A stretch of DNA of 64,000 bases from Comamonadaceae bacterium (GTDB lineage Bacteria > Pseudomonadota > Gammaproteobacteria > Burkholderiales > Burkholderiaceae_C): the NCBI GenBank assembly GCA_031430035.1, contig JANPAS010000083.1, positions 36,769-100,768 on the forward strand. Direction: 5' to 3'. Position numbers and translations under genes: made by a program. Within the stretch, counting starts at the first letter, position 1; each line of letters opens with the position of its first letter. Below the pieces are notes generated by a model. It worked only from the letters and a program-made list of their open reading frames with translations. It ran no database searches and was not told the origin of the DNA. Shown here one piece after another: positions 9,099-18,819 of the stretch.

Positions 9099-11060
9099 TT
9101 ATATCGAGATTGAATCTATTTTAGGCACATTATTTTTATTGGTAATCCAATCAACATTAGATGAATCAGCACTATACCCAGTCACTAGCCGTGCAAGAAT
9201 ACTTTTTATCTCTGTTGAATGGTTATTTTTTAAATTTAATTTAATTTGATTGAGATAAATTTTTAACTCACTCAAAGATAAATGAGCTTCGTTGGCTTGC
9301 ATAATTTTGGCATGCTCACTGGGTTCTGGATGGGTGCCAATGAGTAATTCTTCGTAAAGCTTTTCTCCAGGCCTCAGCCCAGTCACTGCAATTTCAATAT
9401 CGCCATCAGGATGCTCAATATCACGAACTGCCAATCCCGATAACTCAATCATGCGTTTGGCTAAATCGTAAATTTTGACAGGTTCGCCCATATCAAGCAC
9501 AAATACTTCGCCTCCTTTAGCCATAGCCGCTGCCTGTATCACTAAGCGCGCGGCCTCAGGGATGGTCATGAAATAACGTGTTACCTCAGAGTGCGTCAGT
9601 GTGACGGGCCCACCGTCTTTAATCTGCTGTCTAAAGAGCGGCACCACTGAACCTGACGAGTCCAGAACGTTGCCAAAGCGAACCATCGTAAATGTAGTTG
9701 TTAATTGCTTTGCGGCGCGTTGCTCGGCTGCTAGTGCCTGCAACACCAGCTCGGCGACTCGCTTGCTGGCACCCATGACGTTAGTAGGACGTACAGCTTT
9801 ATCTGTGCTAATCAAAACAAAATGCGACACCCCGGCCTTCAACGCAGCCTGTGCCGTATGCAGTGTGCCCAGTACATTGGTCTCAACCCCCTCACACACG
9901 TTGTGCTCAACCATTGGGACATGCTTATAAGCCGCAGCGTGGTAAACAGTGTGAGGTCTCCATGCCTCCAAGATCAAAGCAATTTTCGATTCATCGCGAA
10001 CACTGGCTAGAAGGGGAATGAGCTTAGTTTGTGGGCTTGTACTGCCTTGCGCCTTCAAACGAGCTTCAAGCTCACTATGTATCGCGTAGAGACCATATTC
10101 ACTGTGGTCTAGGAGAAGTAACAGAGTAGGGCTTTGAGCCAAAATCTGACGACTTAATTCACCACCAATACTGCCACCTGCGCCAGTGATTAAAACGACT
10201 TTGCCTGTTATATTTTTAGCAAGCAAAGATGGGTCAGGTGCAACTGGGGTACGCCCCAGTAAATCATCCACATCAAGCTCATGAATATCATTTAGCGAAA
10301 CATCTCCACTGGCTAAATCTGATAAGTTGGGTAACGATCGAACGTGAACAGTTTTTTCGCGTAGGGACTCCAGTATTTCAAATCGACGCGCTTTGCTAAT
10401 GGAGGGCATCGCAAGCAAAACACCATTAACAATATTGCGTGCGATTAACCCATCTAGTTCGGCAGGCTTATAAATGCGCCAATCATTAATTGTTTTCCCT
10501 TGCAAACTAAGATCATCATCTATAAAGCCCACTATGCGATAGCGCCTAGCGTGGTTGAGTGCGTGTGCGATTTGAATACCGGCTGCACCTGCACCATAAA
10601 TCAATAAATGCTCATTGACGTGAGAGGCTTGACTCGGGTTATTTGAATTCAGCCAAAAACGGATGAGCGCGCGGCTAACGGCAATACTCAGTAAATATAA
10701 AAGCGGCTGCAATATACCAATAGAGCGCGGCACGCCATCCCAGCGAGCCCAAACCAGCAAAGCAAAAAAGGCAAAACCATAAATAACAGTGGCCTTAGCA
10801 ATTGCTTGTAGCGCACTCAGTCCAGTGTAGCGAATGACTGCTCTGTATAGCCCTAGTTTTATAAAAATAGGCACGGCTAGCAAAGGCGCCAGTCCAAATG
10901 GCCACCACTGCGCGGCTGTCGGCAAAAAATAAGTTTCCAATCGGAGTGAAAAAGCCATCCACAGAGTCAACCAAGCTGCACCAATATCAAAGCTAACGAC
11001 TAGCGTTTGTTTGATGCCACGTGGCAGTGTACGGAAAAATTGTTTAATGTGAAACTCCAT
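9099..11060 (-). CDS. Membrane-bound nucleotide-sugar 4,6-dehydratase (CapD/WbpM/PglF family polysaccharide biosynthesis protein)
   Basis: Four or five N-terminal TM helices, then two Rossmann regions (LLIYGAGAAGIQIA; VLITGAGGSIGGEL), and AAAYKHVPMVE ... ISTDKAVRPTNVMGASKRVAE. The gene is markedly AT-rich. Confidence 0.85.
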   Translation of the reverse strand: MEFHIKQFFRTLPRGIKQTLVVSFDIGAAWLTLWMAFSLRLETYFLPTAAQWWPFGLAPLLAVPIFIKLGLYRAVIRYTGLSALQAIAKATVIYGFAFFALLVWARWDGVPRSIGILQPLLYLLSIAVSRALIRFWLNSNNPSQASHVNEHLLIYGAGAAGIQIAHALNHARRYRIVGFIDDDLSLQGKTINDWRIYKPAELDGLIARNIVNGVLLAMPSISKARRFEILESLREKTVHVRSLPNLSDLASGDVSLNDIHELDVDDLLGRTPVAPDPSLLAKNITGKVVLITGAGGSIGGELSRQILAQSPTLLLLLDHSEYGLYAIHSELEARLKAQGSTSPQTKLIPLLASVRDESKIALILEAWRPHTVYHAAAYKHVPMVEHNVCEGVETNVLGTLHTAQAALKAGVSHFVLISTDKAVRPTNVMGASKRVAELVLQALAAEQRAAKQLTTTFTMVRFGNVLDSSGSVVPLFRQQIKDGGPVTLTHSEVTRYFMTIPEAARLVIQAAAMAKGGEVFVLDMGEPVKIYDLAKRMIELSGLAVRDIEHPDGDIEIAVTGLRPGEKLYEELLIGTHPEPSEHAKIMQANEAHLSLSELKIYLNQIKLNLKNNHSTEIKSILARLVTGYSADSSNVDWITNKNNVPKIDSISI

Positions 11061-11634
11061 CGCGGCGTAGTACTTTCAAGGCGGTTAACCACAGAATATA
11101 GCAATCAAACGTCAAAGATTGCTTGCGCAAATATTCTGCATCGAGCGCTACCTTATCGGCAATGCTTAGTTCATCACGACCGTTGACTTGTGCCCAGCCC
11201 GTGATGCCAGGCCGCAGCACATGAATATTCGCAGCGGTTCTGGCGGCAATTAAATCATCTTGGTTATAAAGGGAGGGTCTTGGCCCCACGAGGCTCATGT
11301 CACCTTTGAGTACGCTCCAAAGCTGCGGTAATTCATCTAAGCTGGTTTTACGCAAAAAACCTCCAATTGGAGTGAGGTATGTGTTTGCATCTATCAGTAG
11401 ATGAGTTGCAACTGTTGGCGTACCCAATTGCATCGTACGAAATTTTGGCATCTTAAAGATTTGATTACCTATACCAAAGCGATCTGACCAGTAAAGTGCA
11501 GAGCCCGTTGAAGTTATCCGTACCAGTACGCATATGAAAAGAAACAACGGTATCAAAATGGGCAATAGTGCCAAGGCCACAACCGTGTCGAGAATTCGTT
11601 TCCTGATGCCGAGTGAAGAGATATTATTTTGCAT
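11044..11634 (-). CDS. Small undecaprenyl-phosphate sugar phosphotransferase (PglC/WbaP C-terminal-type initiating transferase)
   Basis: One N-terminal membrane helix, then FRTMQ..., [23 protein letters not shown] and [10 protein letters not shown]. The likely start is the ATG at 11634 (MQNNISS). The ORF-track start at 11658 is a TTG. Confidence 0.85.
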   Translation of the reverse strand: MQNNISSLGIRKRILDTVVALALLPILIPLFLFICVLVRITSTGSALYWSDRFGIGNQIFKMPKFRTMQLGTPTVATHLLIDANTYLTPIGGFLRKTSLDELPQLWSVLKGDMSLVGPRPSLYNQDDLIAARTAANIHVLRPGITGWAQVNGRDELSIADKVALDAEYLRKQSLTFDCYILWLTALKVLRRDGVSH

Positions 11635-11821
11635 GAGCGTTGTACAGATGCTTTTCAAACTGATTTAGCACGGCTTCGCGTTCAAAAAATTGTTGGTAGC
11701 AAGTTCGACTATTTTGTCCTATTTGAGCGCGCTCCTCAAGAGATGCTTGAGCTAATTTGATGGCTGCGTTGGACAAGCCTAGAGCATCACCAGCCTCAAT
11801 CACTATGAACTTACCCCAGTT
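11624..11821 (-). pseudogene. 3' remnant of a GT-B (family 4-like) glycosyltransferase gene
   Basis: My translation gives an open frame with no credible start: [63 protein letters not shown]. It resembles only the last ~60 residues of GT4 enzymes. Its stop overlaps the start of the downstream transferase, as in an intact operon. Confidence 0.5.
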
Positions 11822-11829
11822 TCACGGAC

Positions 11830-11853
11830 GGTTCAATATTTCGAAATTGAACC
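11830..11853. repeat. Perfect 8-bp inverted repeat at the left junction of the plus-strand gene array
   Basis: GGTTCAAT-atttcgaa-ATTGAACC. It lies immediately beyond the end of the glycosyltransferase remnant. Confidence 0.5.
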
Positions 11854-11980
11854 AGCTTGAGTGTAACCCGTCGGCCACACGACTTCTAAAGATAGCCATC
11901 TAATCGCTGGCAACCGTTCTCACTTTGACTATTTTCACGCGAGGTAAGGTTTTTGACTCATTACTGCTCTAGAATTGATC

Positions 11981-12005
11981 TGTTCAGAGCAAAAGCTGCT
12001 GAACA
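11981..12005 (+). promoter_or_regulatory. Stable hairpin in the leader of the plus-strand operon
   Basis: TGTTCAGAGC-aaaa-GCTGCTGAACA forms a 10-bp stem with one bulged G. No U-tract follows, so it is not a canonical terminator. Confidence 0.4.
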
Positions 12006-12009
12006 AAAG

Positions 12010-12034
12010 AATGCCATTTTTGGGAACTGGCATT
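12010..12034 (+). promoter_or_regulatory. 7-bp inverted repeat, candidate operator
   Basis: AATGCCA-N11-TGGCATT lies 55 nt upstream of the MarR-family gene. That gene is the only regulator encoded next to it. Confidence 0.3.
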
Positions 12035-12043
12035 GCGGTAGCC
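12034..12043 (+). promoter_or_regulatory. ops-like element (partial match to the RfaH recruitment site)
   Basis: TGCGGTAGCC on the non-template strand matches GCGGTAG of the ops core GGCGGTAGnnTG. The first G and the downstream TG are not conserved. It is 46 nt upstream of the first gene of the 48-kb array, and an RfaH-like gene lies at 60606-61130. Confidence 0.3.
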
Positions 12044-12088
12044 ATCCCGTCAGTTGTGTAAATTCAAAGCCATTAAGACCGCCATTCA

Positions 12089-12469
12089 ATGATCAGCCGC
12101 CGGGCCAAACTTCATGAAGAGACCAACTTCCGCCTGATGAGGATATTGGAAACCAACTCAGACCTGTCTCAGCGTGAGATGGGTAAAGCACTGGGCATCA
12201 GCTTTGGCGGCATCAACTATTGCTTGAACGCCCTGGTAGCCAAGGGCTTGGTGAAGATTGAAAACTTCAGCCAAAACAAAAACAAGTTCGGCTATGTTTA
12301 CCTGCTGACGCCAGGCGGGATTGCGGAAAAGGCTTCGCTGACCAGTAAGTTCTTGAAGCGCAAGATGGATGAATACGAGGCGCTCAAGGTTGAGATTGAG
12401 ACTTTGAAGTCGGAAATAGAAAAAGAAGCTGAAATAAAAATTTCACACCTCAAGCGAGGAGCGCAGTGA
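12089..12469 (+). CDS. MarR-family transcriptional regulator of the EPS-associated type
   Basis: A small (126 aa) winged-helix protein: SQREMGKALGISFGGINYCLNALVAKGLVKIENFSQNKNKFGYVYLLTPGGIAEKASLT, followed by a C-terminal coiled coil. This architecture matches the MarR regulators found at the head of EPS loci. Confidence 0.8.
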   Translation: MISRRAKLHEETNFRLMRILETNSDLSQREMGKALGISFGGINYCLNALVAKGLVKIENFSQNKNKFGYVYLLTPGGIAEKASLTSKFLKRKMDEYEALKVEIETLKSEIEKEAEIKISHLKRGAQ

Positions 12470-13473
12470 ATATTCTATTGACGGGCGGCACCGGCTATAT
12501 TGCCAGCCATACTGCAGTCATACTCACAAATGCAGGGCACAAAGTCGTCCTCTATGACAATTTAGTCAATAGCAATACTTCTGTGGTCAGTAAATTAGAA
12601 AAAATTACCGGAGTGAGGTTGCCTTTTGTCGAGGGTGATATCCGTGATACAGACCTTCTTGCTTCAACCTTGAAGACTTATGGCGTTGCAGCTGTCATTC
12701 ATTTTGCAGGCCTCAAATCGGTTGGAGAATCTGTCCCCAACCCGCTTGAGTACTACGACAACAACGTGGGTGGCACTATCAGCCTGCTGAAGGCCATGAC
12801 TGAGGCTAGCATCAAAAGACTTGTCTTCAGCAGCAGCGCCACCGTCTACGGTGACCCGCAGTACCTTCCAATAGACGAGGCTCACCCCAGAAGCGCGACC
12901 AACCCCTACGGGCGCACAAAACTCCACATTGAAAACATACTCGAAGACTTGGCCGCATCTGACGCTGGCTGGCATATTACCTGTTTGCGATACTTTAATC
13001 CCGTTGGCGCGCACAAGAGCGGTTTGATTGGTGAAGACCCTAACGGCGTGCCAAACAACCTGATGCCCTTCTTGGCCCGTGTGGCGGCAGGCAAGCTTCC
13101 TTGCCTCAATATCTTTGGTGGTGACTACGACACGCCTGACGGCACCGGCGTTCGTGACTACATTCACGTTATGGATTTGGCGGAGGGGCACTTGGCAGCA
13201 GTTAATCTGGTGAGTGTTGAGGGTGCGCCCTTCGACGCCTTTAATCTAGGCACTGGCCGTGGCCAAAGTGTTCTTGAGATGATCAAAGCATTCGAGCAGG
13301 CCTGCGGCCTCTCAATACAGAGTCAGATTATTCCTAGGCGTGCTGGTGATATATCCGCTTGCTATGCAAAAGCCGATAAGGCGGCGACGTCACTTGGATG
13401 GGTTGCCTCACGGCCGCTAGATGATATGTGCCACAGCACATGGATGTTTCAAATGAACAAGGCGCTTGAATGA
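12466..13473 (+). CDS. galE: UDP-glucose 4-epimerase
   Basis: NILLTGGTGYIASHT, SSSATVYGDP, YGRTKLHIE (YxxxK), RYFNPVGAH and DGTGVRDYIHVMDLA. Confidence 0.9.
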   Translation: MNILLTGGTGYIASHTAVILTNAGHKVVLYDNLVNSNTSVVSKLEKITGVRLPFVEGDIRDTDLLASTLKTYGVAAVIHFAGLKSVGESVPNPLEYYDNNVGGTISLLKAMTEASIKRLVFSSSATVYGDPQYLPIDEAHPRSATNPYGRTKLHIENILEDLAASDAGWHITCLRYFNPVGAHKSGLIGEDPNGVPNNLMPFLARVAAGKLPCLNIFGGDYDTPDGTGVRDYIHVMDLAEGHLAAVNLVSVEGAPFDAFNLGTGRGQSVLEMIKAFEQACGLSIQSQIIPRRAGDISACYAKADKAATSLGWVASRPLDDMCHSTWMFQMNKALE

Positions 13474-14861
13474 TCACCCCCGTCGTCCTCTGCGGTGGCT
13501 CCGGCACGCGGCTGTGGCCGCTCAGCCGCAAGAGCTTCCCTAAGCAGTTCGTGCCGCTCATCGGCAACAAAAGTCTGTTGCAGCTCACGCTAGAGCGGTT
13601 TTCCCTCTTCAGTAAAAACGTTATCTGTGTCGCCTCGGACGAACATCGCTTCTTAGTGGTTGAAGCCATGCAGGCTTCCAAGGTTCAGGGCTCGGTTTTG
13701 TTGGAGCCCGTGGCACGCAACACCGCCGCCGCCATGGCCATTGCCGCATTGGCTGCAAAACTTGAAGACCTGTTGCTGTTCTGCCCGTCAGACCACCACA
13801 TTCCTGACGCCGACGCCTTTGCCCAAGTGGTCAAGCAAGGCGTAAATGCTGCGAAGGAGGGCGCCATCGTCACCTTCGGCATCTCACCCACCTTTCCCAG
13901 CACCGCCTACGGCTACATCCGTCAAGGCAGCGCCCGGCCAGACGGCGCCTTCAACGTCGAAGGCTTTACAGAAAAGCCAGCCCAAGAAAAAGCAGAAGCC
14001 TTGCTGCTCTCAGGCAATGCGCTCTGGAATGCCGGCATCTTTTTGTGCTCTGCCCAAACCCTGCTCAGCGCTTTAGAGCAGCACGCGCTTGACATTTTGC
14101 AAGCCTGCCAGCAGGCCATGGAGTCAGCCGTTCAAGACGGCTGCTTTGTGCGCCCGCAAGCGCAGGCATTTGAAGCCTGCCGCTCAGAAAGCATCGACTA
14201 CGCCGTCATGGAGCACCACACCAACGTGGTGGTACTCCCTTTTACCAGCGCCTGGAGCGACGTCGGCAGCTGGAACGCCGTGGCAGACCTGACCCAAGCC
14301 GACGCCGACGGTAACCGTCTCCACGGCCATAGCATTGCGCTGCACTCAAACAACACCTTTGTGCACGCACCGCATCGCCCGGTAGTGGTCTTGGGCACGC
14401 AAGACTTATTGATCATTGACACCCCTGACGCTTTGTTGGTTGCGGCCAGTAGCCATGTGGAGCAGGTCAAGCAGGTGGTGGCTAAGTTGGACGCAGGCAA
14501 TATCTCGCAATCAGTCCAGCATCGCAAAGTCGCCCGCCCTTGGGGCGCTTACGACAGCGTGGACGTTGGCGAGCGGCACCAAGTCAAGCGCATAACAGTG
14601 CGTCCAGGTGCCAAGCTCAGCCTGCAAATGCACCACCACCGCGCCGAGCACTGGATCGTGGTCAAAGGCACCGCGCTGGTCACGCGGGGTGAAGAAGAAA
14701 TTTTACTCACAGAAAACCAGAGCACCTACATTCCCTTGGGCGTCAAACACCGACTGGAAAACCCCGGTAAGACCGACTTAGAGCTGATTGAGGTGCAGTC
14801 GGGGAGTTACTTGGGTGAAGACGACATTGTGCGTTTTGAAGATACGTACGGGAGGGGTTGA
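13470..14861 (+). CDS. manC: Mannose-1-phosphate guanylyltransferase / mannose-6-phosphate isomerase (bifunctional, type II PMI)
   Basis: N-terminus [24 protein letters not shown]-terminal cupin: RPWGAYDSV ... [17 protein letters not shown] ... [14 protein letters not shown]. Confidence 0.9.
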   Translation: MITPVVLCGGSGTRLWPLSRKSFPKQFVPLIGNKSLLQLTLERFSLFSKNVICVASDEHRFLVVEAMQASKVQGSVLLEPVARNTAAAMAIAALAAKLEDLLLFCPSDHHIPDADAFAQVVKQGVNAAKEGAIVTFGISPTFPSTAYGYIRQGSARPDGAFNVEGFTEKPAQEKAEALLLSGNALWNAGIFLCSAQTLLSALEQHALDILQACQQAMESAVQDGCFVRPQAQAFEACRSESIDYAVMEHHTNVVVLPFTSAWSDVGSWNAVADLTQADADGNRLHGHSIALHSNNTFVHAPHRPVVVLGTQDLLIIDTPDALLVAASSHVEQVKQVVAKLDAGNISQSVQHRKVARPWGAYDSVDVGERHQVKRITVRPGAKLSLQMHHHRAEHWIVVKGTALVTRGEEEILLTENQSTYIPLGVKHRLENPGKTDLELIEVQSGSYLGEDDIVRFEDTYGRG

Positions 14862-14877
14862 AGCCGTGGATAAAGCA

Positions 14878-15852
14878 ATGGGGAAAATTTACGTCGCAGG
14901 CCACCGAGGCATGGTCGGCAGCGCCATCGTGCGCACCCTAGAGCAGCAGGGCCAGACCAACTTCGTCACACGAACCCACGCCGAGCTAGACCTCACCAAC
15001 CAAGTCGCCGTGCAAGCTTTCTTTGAAAAAGAAAAACCAACACAGGTTTACCTTGCCGCCGCCAAAGTCGGTGGCATTCACGCAAACAACACCTACCCGG
15101 CCGAGTTCATCTACCAAAACCTGATGGTTCAGGCCAATGTCATTGACGCGGCTTTTAGGAGCGGCGTTCAAAAGCTCTTGTTCCTCGGCTCCAGCTGTAT
15201 TTACCCCAAACTCGCCCCGCAGCCCATGGCGGAAGACGTCTTACTCACAGGTCTGCTTGAACCTACTAACGAGTCCTACGCCATCGCCAAAATTGCGGGC
15301 ATCAAGCTCTGTGAAAGCTACAACCGCCAATACGGCGCCACCCACGGCGTGGATTACCGAAGTGTCATGCCAACGAACCTCTATGGCCCTGGCGACTCTT
15401 ATCATCCTGAAAATTCACACGTGATACCAGCCCTGATCCGCCGCTTCCACGAAGCCAAAACGGCACGGGCGGCGGCGGTCGCGATCTGGGGCACCGGAAC
15501 GCCAAGAAGGGAATTTCTGCATGTTGACGACATGGCGGGGGCCTGCGTGCACACCATGAACCTCGACCATGCCATCCATGCCGCCAACACCAGTCCGATG
15601 CAAAGCCACCTGAATGTCGGATCCGGTGTCGATGTCACCATTAGCGAACTCGCGGTAACGGTTGCGCGCGTCGTCGGCTACGAAGGGCGGATCGATTTCG
15701 ACACCAGCAAACCAGACGGCGCACCGCGCAAGCTGATGGACAGCACCCGTCTCAATAATGTCGGCTGGCATCCCACGATCGCGCTCGAACCGGGCCTGAT
15801 CGACGCCTACCGCGACTTCCTGCAAACTTCACAACGAGATATTATCCAATGA
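14878..15852 (+). CDS. fcl: GDP-L-fucose synthase (GDP-4-keto-6-deoxy-D-mannose 3,5-epimerase/4-reductase)
   Basis: [41 protein letters not shown] and [24 protein letters not shown]. The start was moved to the ATG at 14878. The ORF-track extension (14788) lies inside manC. Confidence 0.9.
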   Translation: MGKIYVAGHRGMVGSAIVRTLEQQGQTNFVTRTHAELDLTNQVAVQAFFEKEKPTQVYLAAAKVGGIHANNTYPAEFIYQNLMVQANVIDAAFRSGVQKLLFLGSSCIYPKLAPQPMAEDVLLTGLLEPTNESYAIAKIAGIKLCESYNRQYGATHGVDYRSVMPTNLYGPGDSYHPENSHVIPALIRRFHEAKTARAAAVAIWGTGTPRREFLHVDDMAGACVHTMNLDHAIHAANTSPMQSHLNVGSGVDVTISELAVTVARVVGYEGRIDFDTSKPDGAPRKLMDSTRLNNVGWHPTIALEPGLIDAYRDFLQTSQRDIIQ

Positions 15853-16946
15853 GCCAGAATCCGCAAAAAATAGCACTGATCACTGGCGTAACCGGACAGG
15901 ATGGAGCCTATCTTGCTGAACTCTTGCTCGGTAAGGGTTATATTGTTCATGGCATCAAGCGCCGGACCTCGCTGATCAACACCGACCGGATTGACCATCT
16001 GTACCAGGATCCGCACGAGCAGCATGTGCGTTTCTTCCTGCATCACGGTGACATGACTGATTCATCCAGCCTGATACGCATCATTCAGCAAACCCAGCCG
16101 GACGAAATTTACAACCTCGCAGCGCAGTCGCATGTGGCCGTCAGCTTTGAAGAGCCCGAGTACACCGCGAACTCGGATGCACTGGGCGTTTTGCGCGTGC
16201 TCGAAGCAATTCGCATCCTTGGCCTAGAGAAAAAAACACGCTTCTACCAAGCATCGACCAGTGAACTGTATGGGCTGGTGCAGGAAACGCCACAAAAAGA
16301 GACCACGCCGTTCTATCCGCGCAGCCCGTATGCGGTCGCCAAGCTTTACGGCTACTGGATCGTCGTGAATTACCGTGAAGCCTATGGCATGTATGCTTGC
16401 AACGGCATCCTCTTTAACCATGAAAGCCCAATTCGCGGCGAGACATTCGTGACCCGCAAGATCACCCGTGCGCTGGCCCGGATCAAGCTTGGACTGCAGG
16501 ACCGCCTGTACCTGGGCAACCTGGACGCCAAGCGCGACTGGGGGCACGCCAAGGATTATGTGGAAATGCAGTGGCTGATGCTGCAGCAAGAGCAGCCTGA
16601 AGACTTCGTCATTGCCACCGGCGTGCAATACAGCGTGCGCGACTTCATCAATGCGGCAGCCGAAGAAATCGGCATCAAGATCCGATGGGAAGGTTCCGGC
16701 ATCGACGAAATCGGCATCGACGTAAACGGGAAGACCATCATCTCGATCAACCCAAAATACTTCCGCCCGACCGAAGTCGAGTCCTTGCTGGGCGATGCGA
16801 GCAAGGCCAAGCAGAAACTCGGCTGGACGCCGAAAATCAGCTTCAATGAATTGGTCAGTGAAATGGTGCGGGAAGACCTGAAATCGGCGGAGCGCGACGA
16901 ACTCATCAAGCACCATGGCTACAAAACGATGGACTATAACGAATAG
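15849..16946 (+). CDS. gmd: GDP-mannose 4,6-dehydratase
   Basis: [76 protein letters not shown]. Confidence 0.95.
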   Translation: MSQNPQKIALITGVTGQDGAYLAELLLGKGYIVHGIKRRTSLINTDRIDHLYQDPHEQHVRFFLHHGDMTDSSSLIRIIQQTQPDEIYNLAAQSHVAVSFEEPEYTANSDALGVLRVLEAIRILGLEKKTRFYQASTSELYGLVQETPQKETTPFYPRSPYAVAKLYGYWIVVNYREAYGMYACNGILFNHESPIRGETFVTRKITRALARIKLGLQDRLYLGNLDAKRDWGHAKDYVEMQWLMLQQEQPEDFVIATGVQYSVRDFINAAAEEIGIKIRWEGSGIDEIGIDVNGKTIISINPKYFRPTEVESLLGDASKAKQKLGWTPKISFNELVSEMVREDLKSAERDELIKHHGYKTMDYNE

Positions 16947-16960
16947 TCCGCGCACACTAA

Positions 16961-18736
16961 ATGCTCATTTTACTTAAGCGCCTATGGGGTCACATCGCCC
17001 CGACCAGACGAATACAACTGGGAATTCTCTTTTGTCTGATGTTGGTCGCCTCGTTTGCAGAGCTATTCAGTATTGGCATGGTGCTGCCGTTTTTGGCAGT
17101 GCTGACCTCTCCAGAAATCATATACGATCATCGGCTTGTCAAACCCATAATTAAGTTATTTGACATTAAAAACCAGAGTGAGTTGTTGTTGCCGATCTCT
17201 TTATTGTTCGTATTGGCTGTCGTGTTCGCGGCCAGCGTTCGATTGCTACTGGTCTATATGCAAGCACGTATTAACTTGGTAATCGTAAATGAATTGGCTA
17301 CCAGTGCCTATCATAGAACGCTCAATCAACCTTATGCCGTACATATATCGCGGAATAGCAGTGAAGTTATTTCCGGTATTTCAAGCAAGGTAAGCGGCGG
17401 TATAGGCGGCTTGTTGGGAGCAGGCCTGACGCTCTTGAGTTCGCAATTATTGCTTGCTGCGATTGTCGTGACTTTGTTCATAGTTGACCCCGTTCTTGCC
17501 TTGTCGTCTTTTGTTGGCTTTGGTTCGCTTTATGCCCTTGTGATGGTAACGACAAAAAAACAGTTGGCAAGGGATAGCGAGTGCCTCAGCCAGGCTTCGA
17601 CAGAGGTCATAAAAGTACTTCAGGAAGGACTCGGGGGAATCCGCGACGTTTTGCTCGATGGGAATCAGTCAATATACACCGCTGCCTATCGGGAAGCGGA
17701 TATCAAGCTGAAAAATTCTCAGGCAAACATCCAAATTCTCAGCGTAGGCCCCCGGTACATTATTGAGGCGATAGGAATAGTTGTAATAGCGGTGATCGCA
17801 TATTCATTATCTACTCGCCCAGGAGGGCTAATAGCCGTGATCCCTCTCATGGGTACATTGGCACTTGGTGCGCAAAGGACGCTCCCCTTGTTGCAACAGT
17901 CATACTCTAGTTGGGCACTGGTACAAGGTAGCCGGGAATCACTGCGCGATGCTCTTGCGTTTCTTGATCAACCGATTCAACAGAACAACTTGGCGACTGA
18001 CTACGCGGCATCGATCCGGTTCGAACATGAGTTTCGCCTGAACAGTGTTTGTTTTCAATATAAAGCAACAGCCGCGAGCGTGCTGAAAAATTTTAGCCTT
18101 TCGATTCCAAAAGGAGCGAAAGTCGGATTTATTGGTGAAACCGGAAGCGGCAAAAGTACACTGATTGATATCATCATGGGCCTCTTGCTTCCGACCGACG
18201 GATATCTGATGGTTGACGGACAAAGAATCAATGCAGGCAATCACCAGGCATGGCAAAAGCATATCGCTCACGTGCCGCAAAACATCTTTCTATCTGACGC
18301 GAGCATTGCAGAAAATGTCGCGATTGGCATTTCGCGAGACAAAATCGACATGCCTCGCGTTCGGCTTGCGGCGCAGCGGTCTCGTATCTCCGATACGATC
18401 GAATCATGGCCCATGCAATATGACACTGCCGTTGGTGAGCGAGGCGTAAAACTTTCTGGTGGGCAGCGTCAGCGGATTGGTATCGCACGCGCACTTTACA
18501 AACAAGCCGATGTCGTCATCTTCGATGAGGCGACGAGCGCACTCGACAACGAAACCGAGGAAGCGGTCATGCAGGCGATCGATGGACTTGGGGGCGATTT
18601 AACAATCCTGATTGTTGCCCATCGTCTGACCACACTGAGGAACTGCTCACAGATCGTTGAGTTGCAAAACGGTGAGTTGAAGCGGGTCGGAAGTTATGCC
18701 GACATTGTTGGGAAAATCGGTCATTTGGGCGCTTAA
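16961..18736 (+). CDS. Fused TMD-NBD ABC exporter (MsbA/PglK-like)
   Basis: Six predicted N-terminal TM helices, then Walker A GETGSGKST, the signature LSGGQRQR and Walker B VVIFDEATSALD. The gene is visibly AT-richer than both neighbours. Confidence 0.85.
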   Translation: MLILLKRLWGHIAPTRRIQLGILFCLMLVASFAELFSIGMVLPFLAVLTSPEIIYDHRLVKPIIKLFDIKNQSELLLPISLLFVLAVVFAASVRLLLVYMQARINLVIVNELATSAYHRTLNQPYAVHISRNSSEVISGISSKVSGGIGGLLGAGLTLLSSQLLLAAIVVTLFIVDPVLALSSFVGFGSLYALVMVTTKKQLARDSECLSQASTEVIKVLQEGLGGIRDVLLDGNQSIYTAAYREADIKLKNSQANIQILSVGPRYIIEAIGIVVIAVIAYSLSTRPGGLIAVIPLMGTLALGAQRTLPLLQQSYSSWALVQGSRESLRDALAFLDQPIQQNNLATDYAASIRFEHEFRLNSVCFQYKATAASVLKNFSLSIPKGAKVGFIGETGSGKSTLIDIIMGLLLPTDGYLMVDGQRINAGNHQAWQKHIAHVPQNIFLSDASIAENVAIGISRDKIDMPRVRLAAQRSRISDTIESWPMQYDTAVGERGVKLSGGQRQRIGIARALYKQADVVIFDEATSALDNETEEAVMQAIDGLGGDLTILIVAHRLTTLRNCSQIVELQNGELKRVGSYADIVGKIGHLGA

Positions 18737-18819
18737 CTTGGCAAGCGTGCTACAGACGAAGGATTGCGAAATATGCAGATCGCTACGCTGCGCGAAGTAT
18801 TGTCGCTCTTCGCCGATTC

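Noticed and set aside
11925-11980. Sigma-70 promoter candidates (TTGACT at 11925 and 11953) for the 48-kb operon.
   Set aside because: Neither -35-like hexamer has an acceptable -10 hexamer at 16-18 nt spacing. TAGAAT at 11970 is only 11 nt from the second TTGACT.
14788-14877. An upstream extension of the fcl ORF ([13 protein letters not shown]...), as given in the ORF track.
   Set aside because: The extension overlaps the conserved C-terminus of manC. The conserved Fcl N-terminus ([14 protein letters not shown]) starts right after the ATG at 14878.
16224-16955. A 243-aa ORF on the minus strand, antisense to gmd.
   Set aside because: It lies entirely inside a gene whose plus-strand product matches GDP-mannose 4,6-dehydratase along its full length. 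The antisense product is Arg/Ala/Gly/Val-rich with no motifs, the usual artefact of GC-rich coding DNA.
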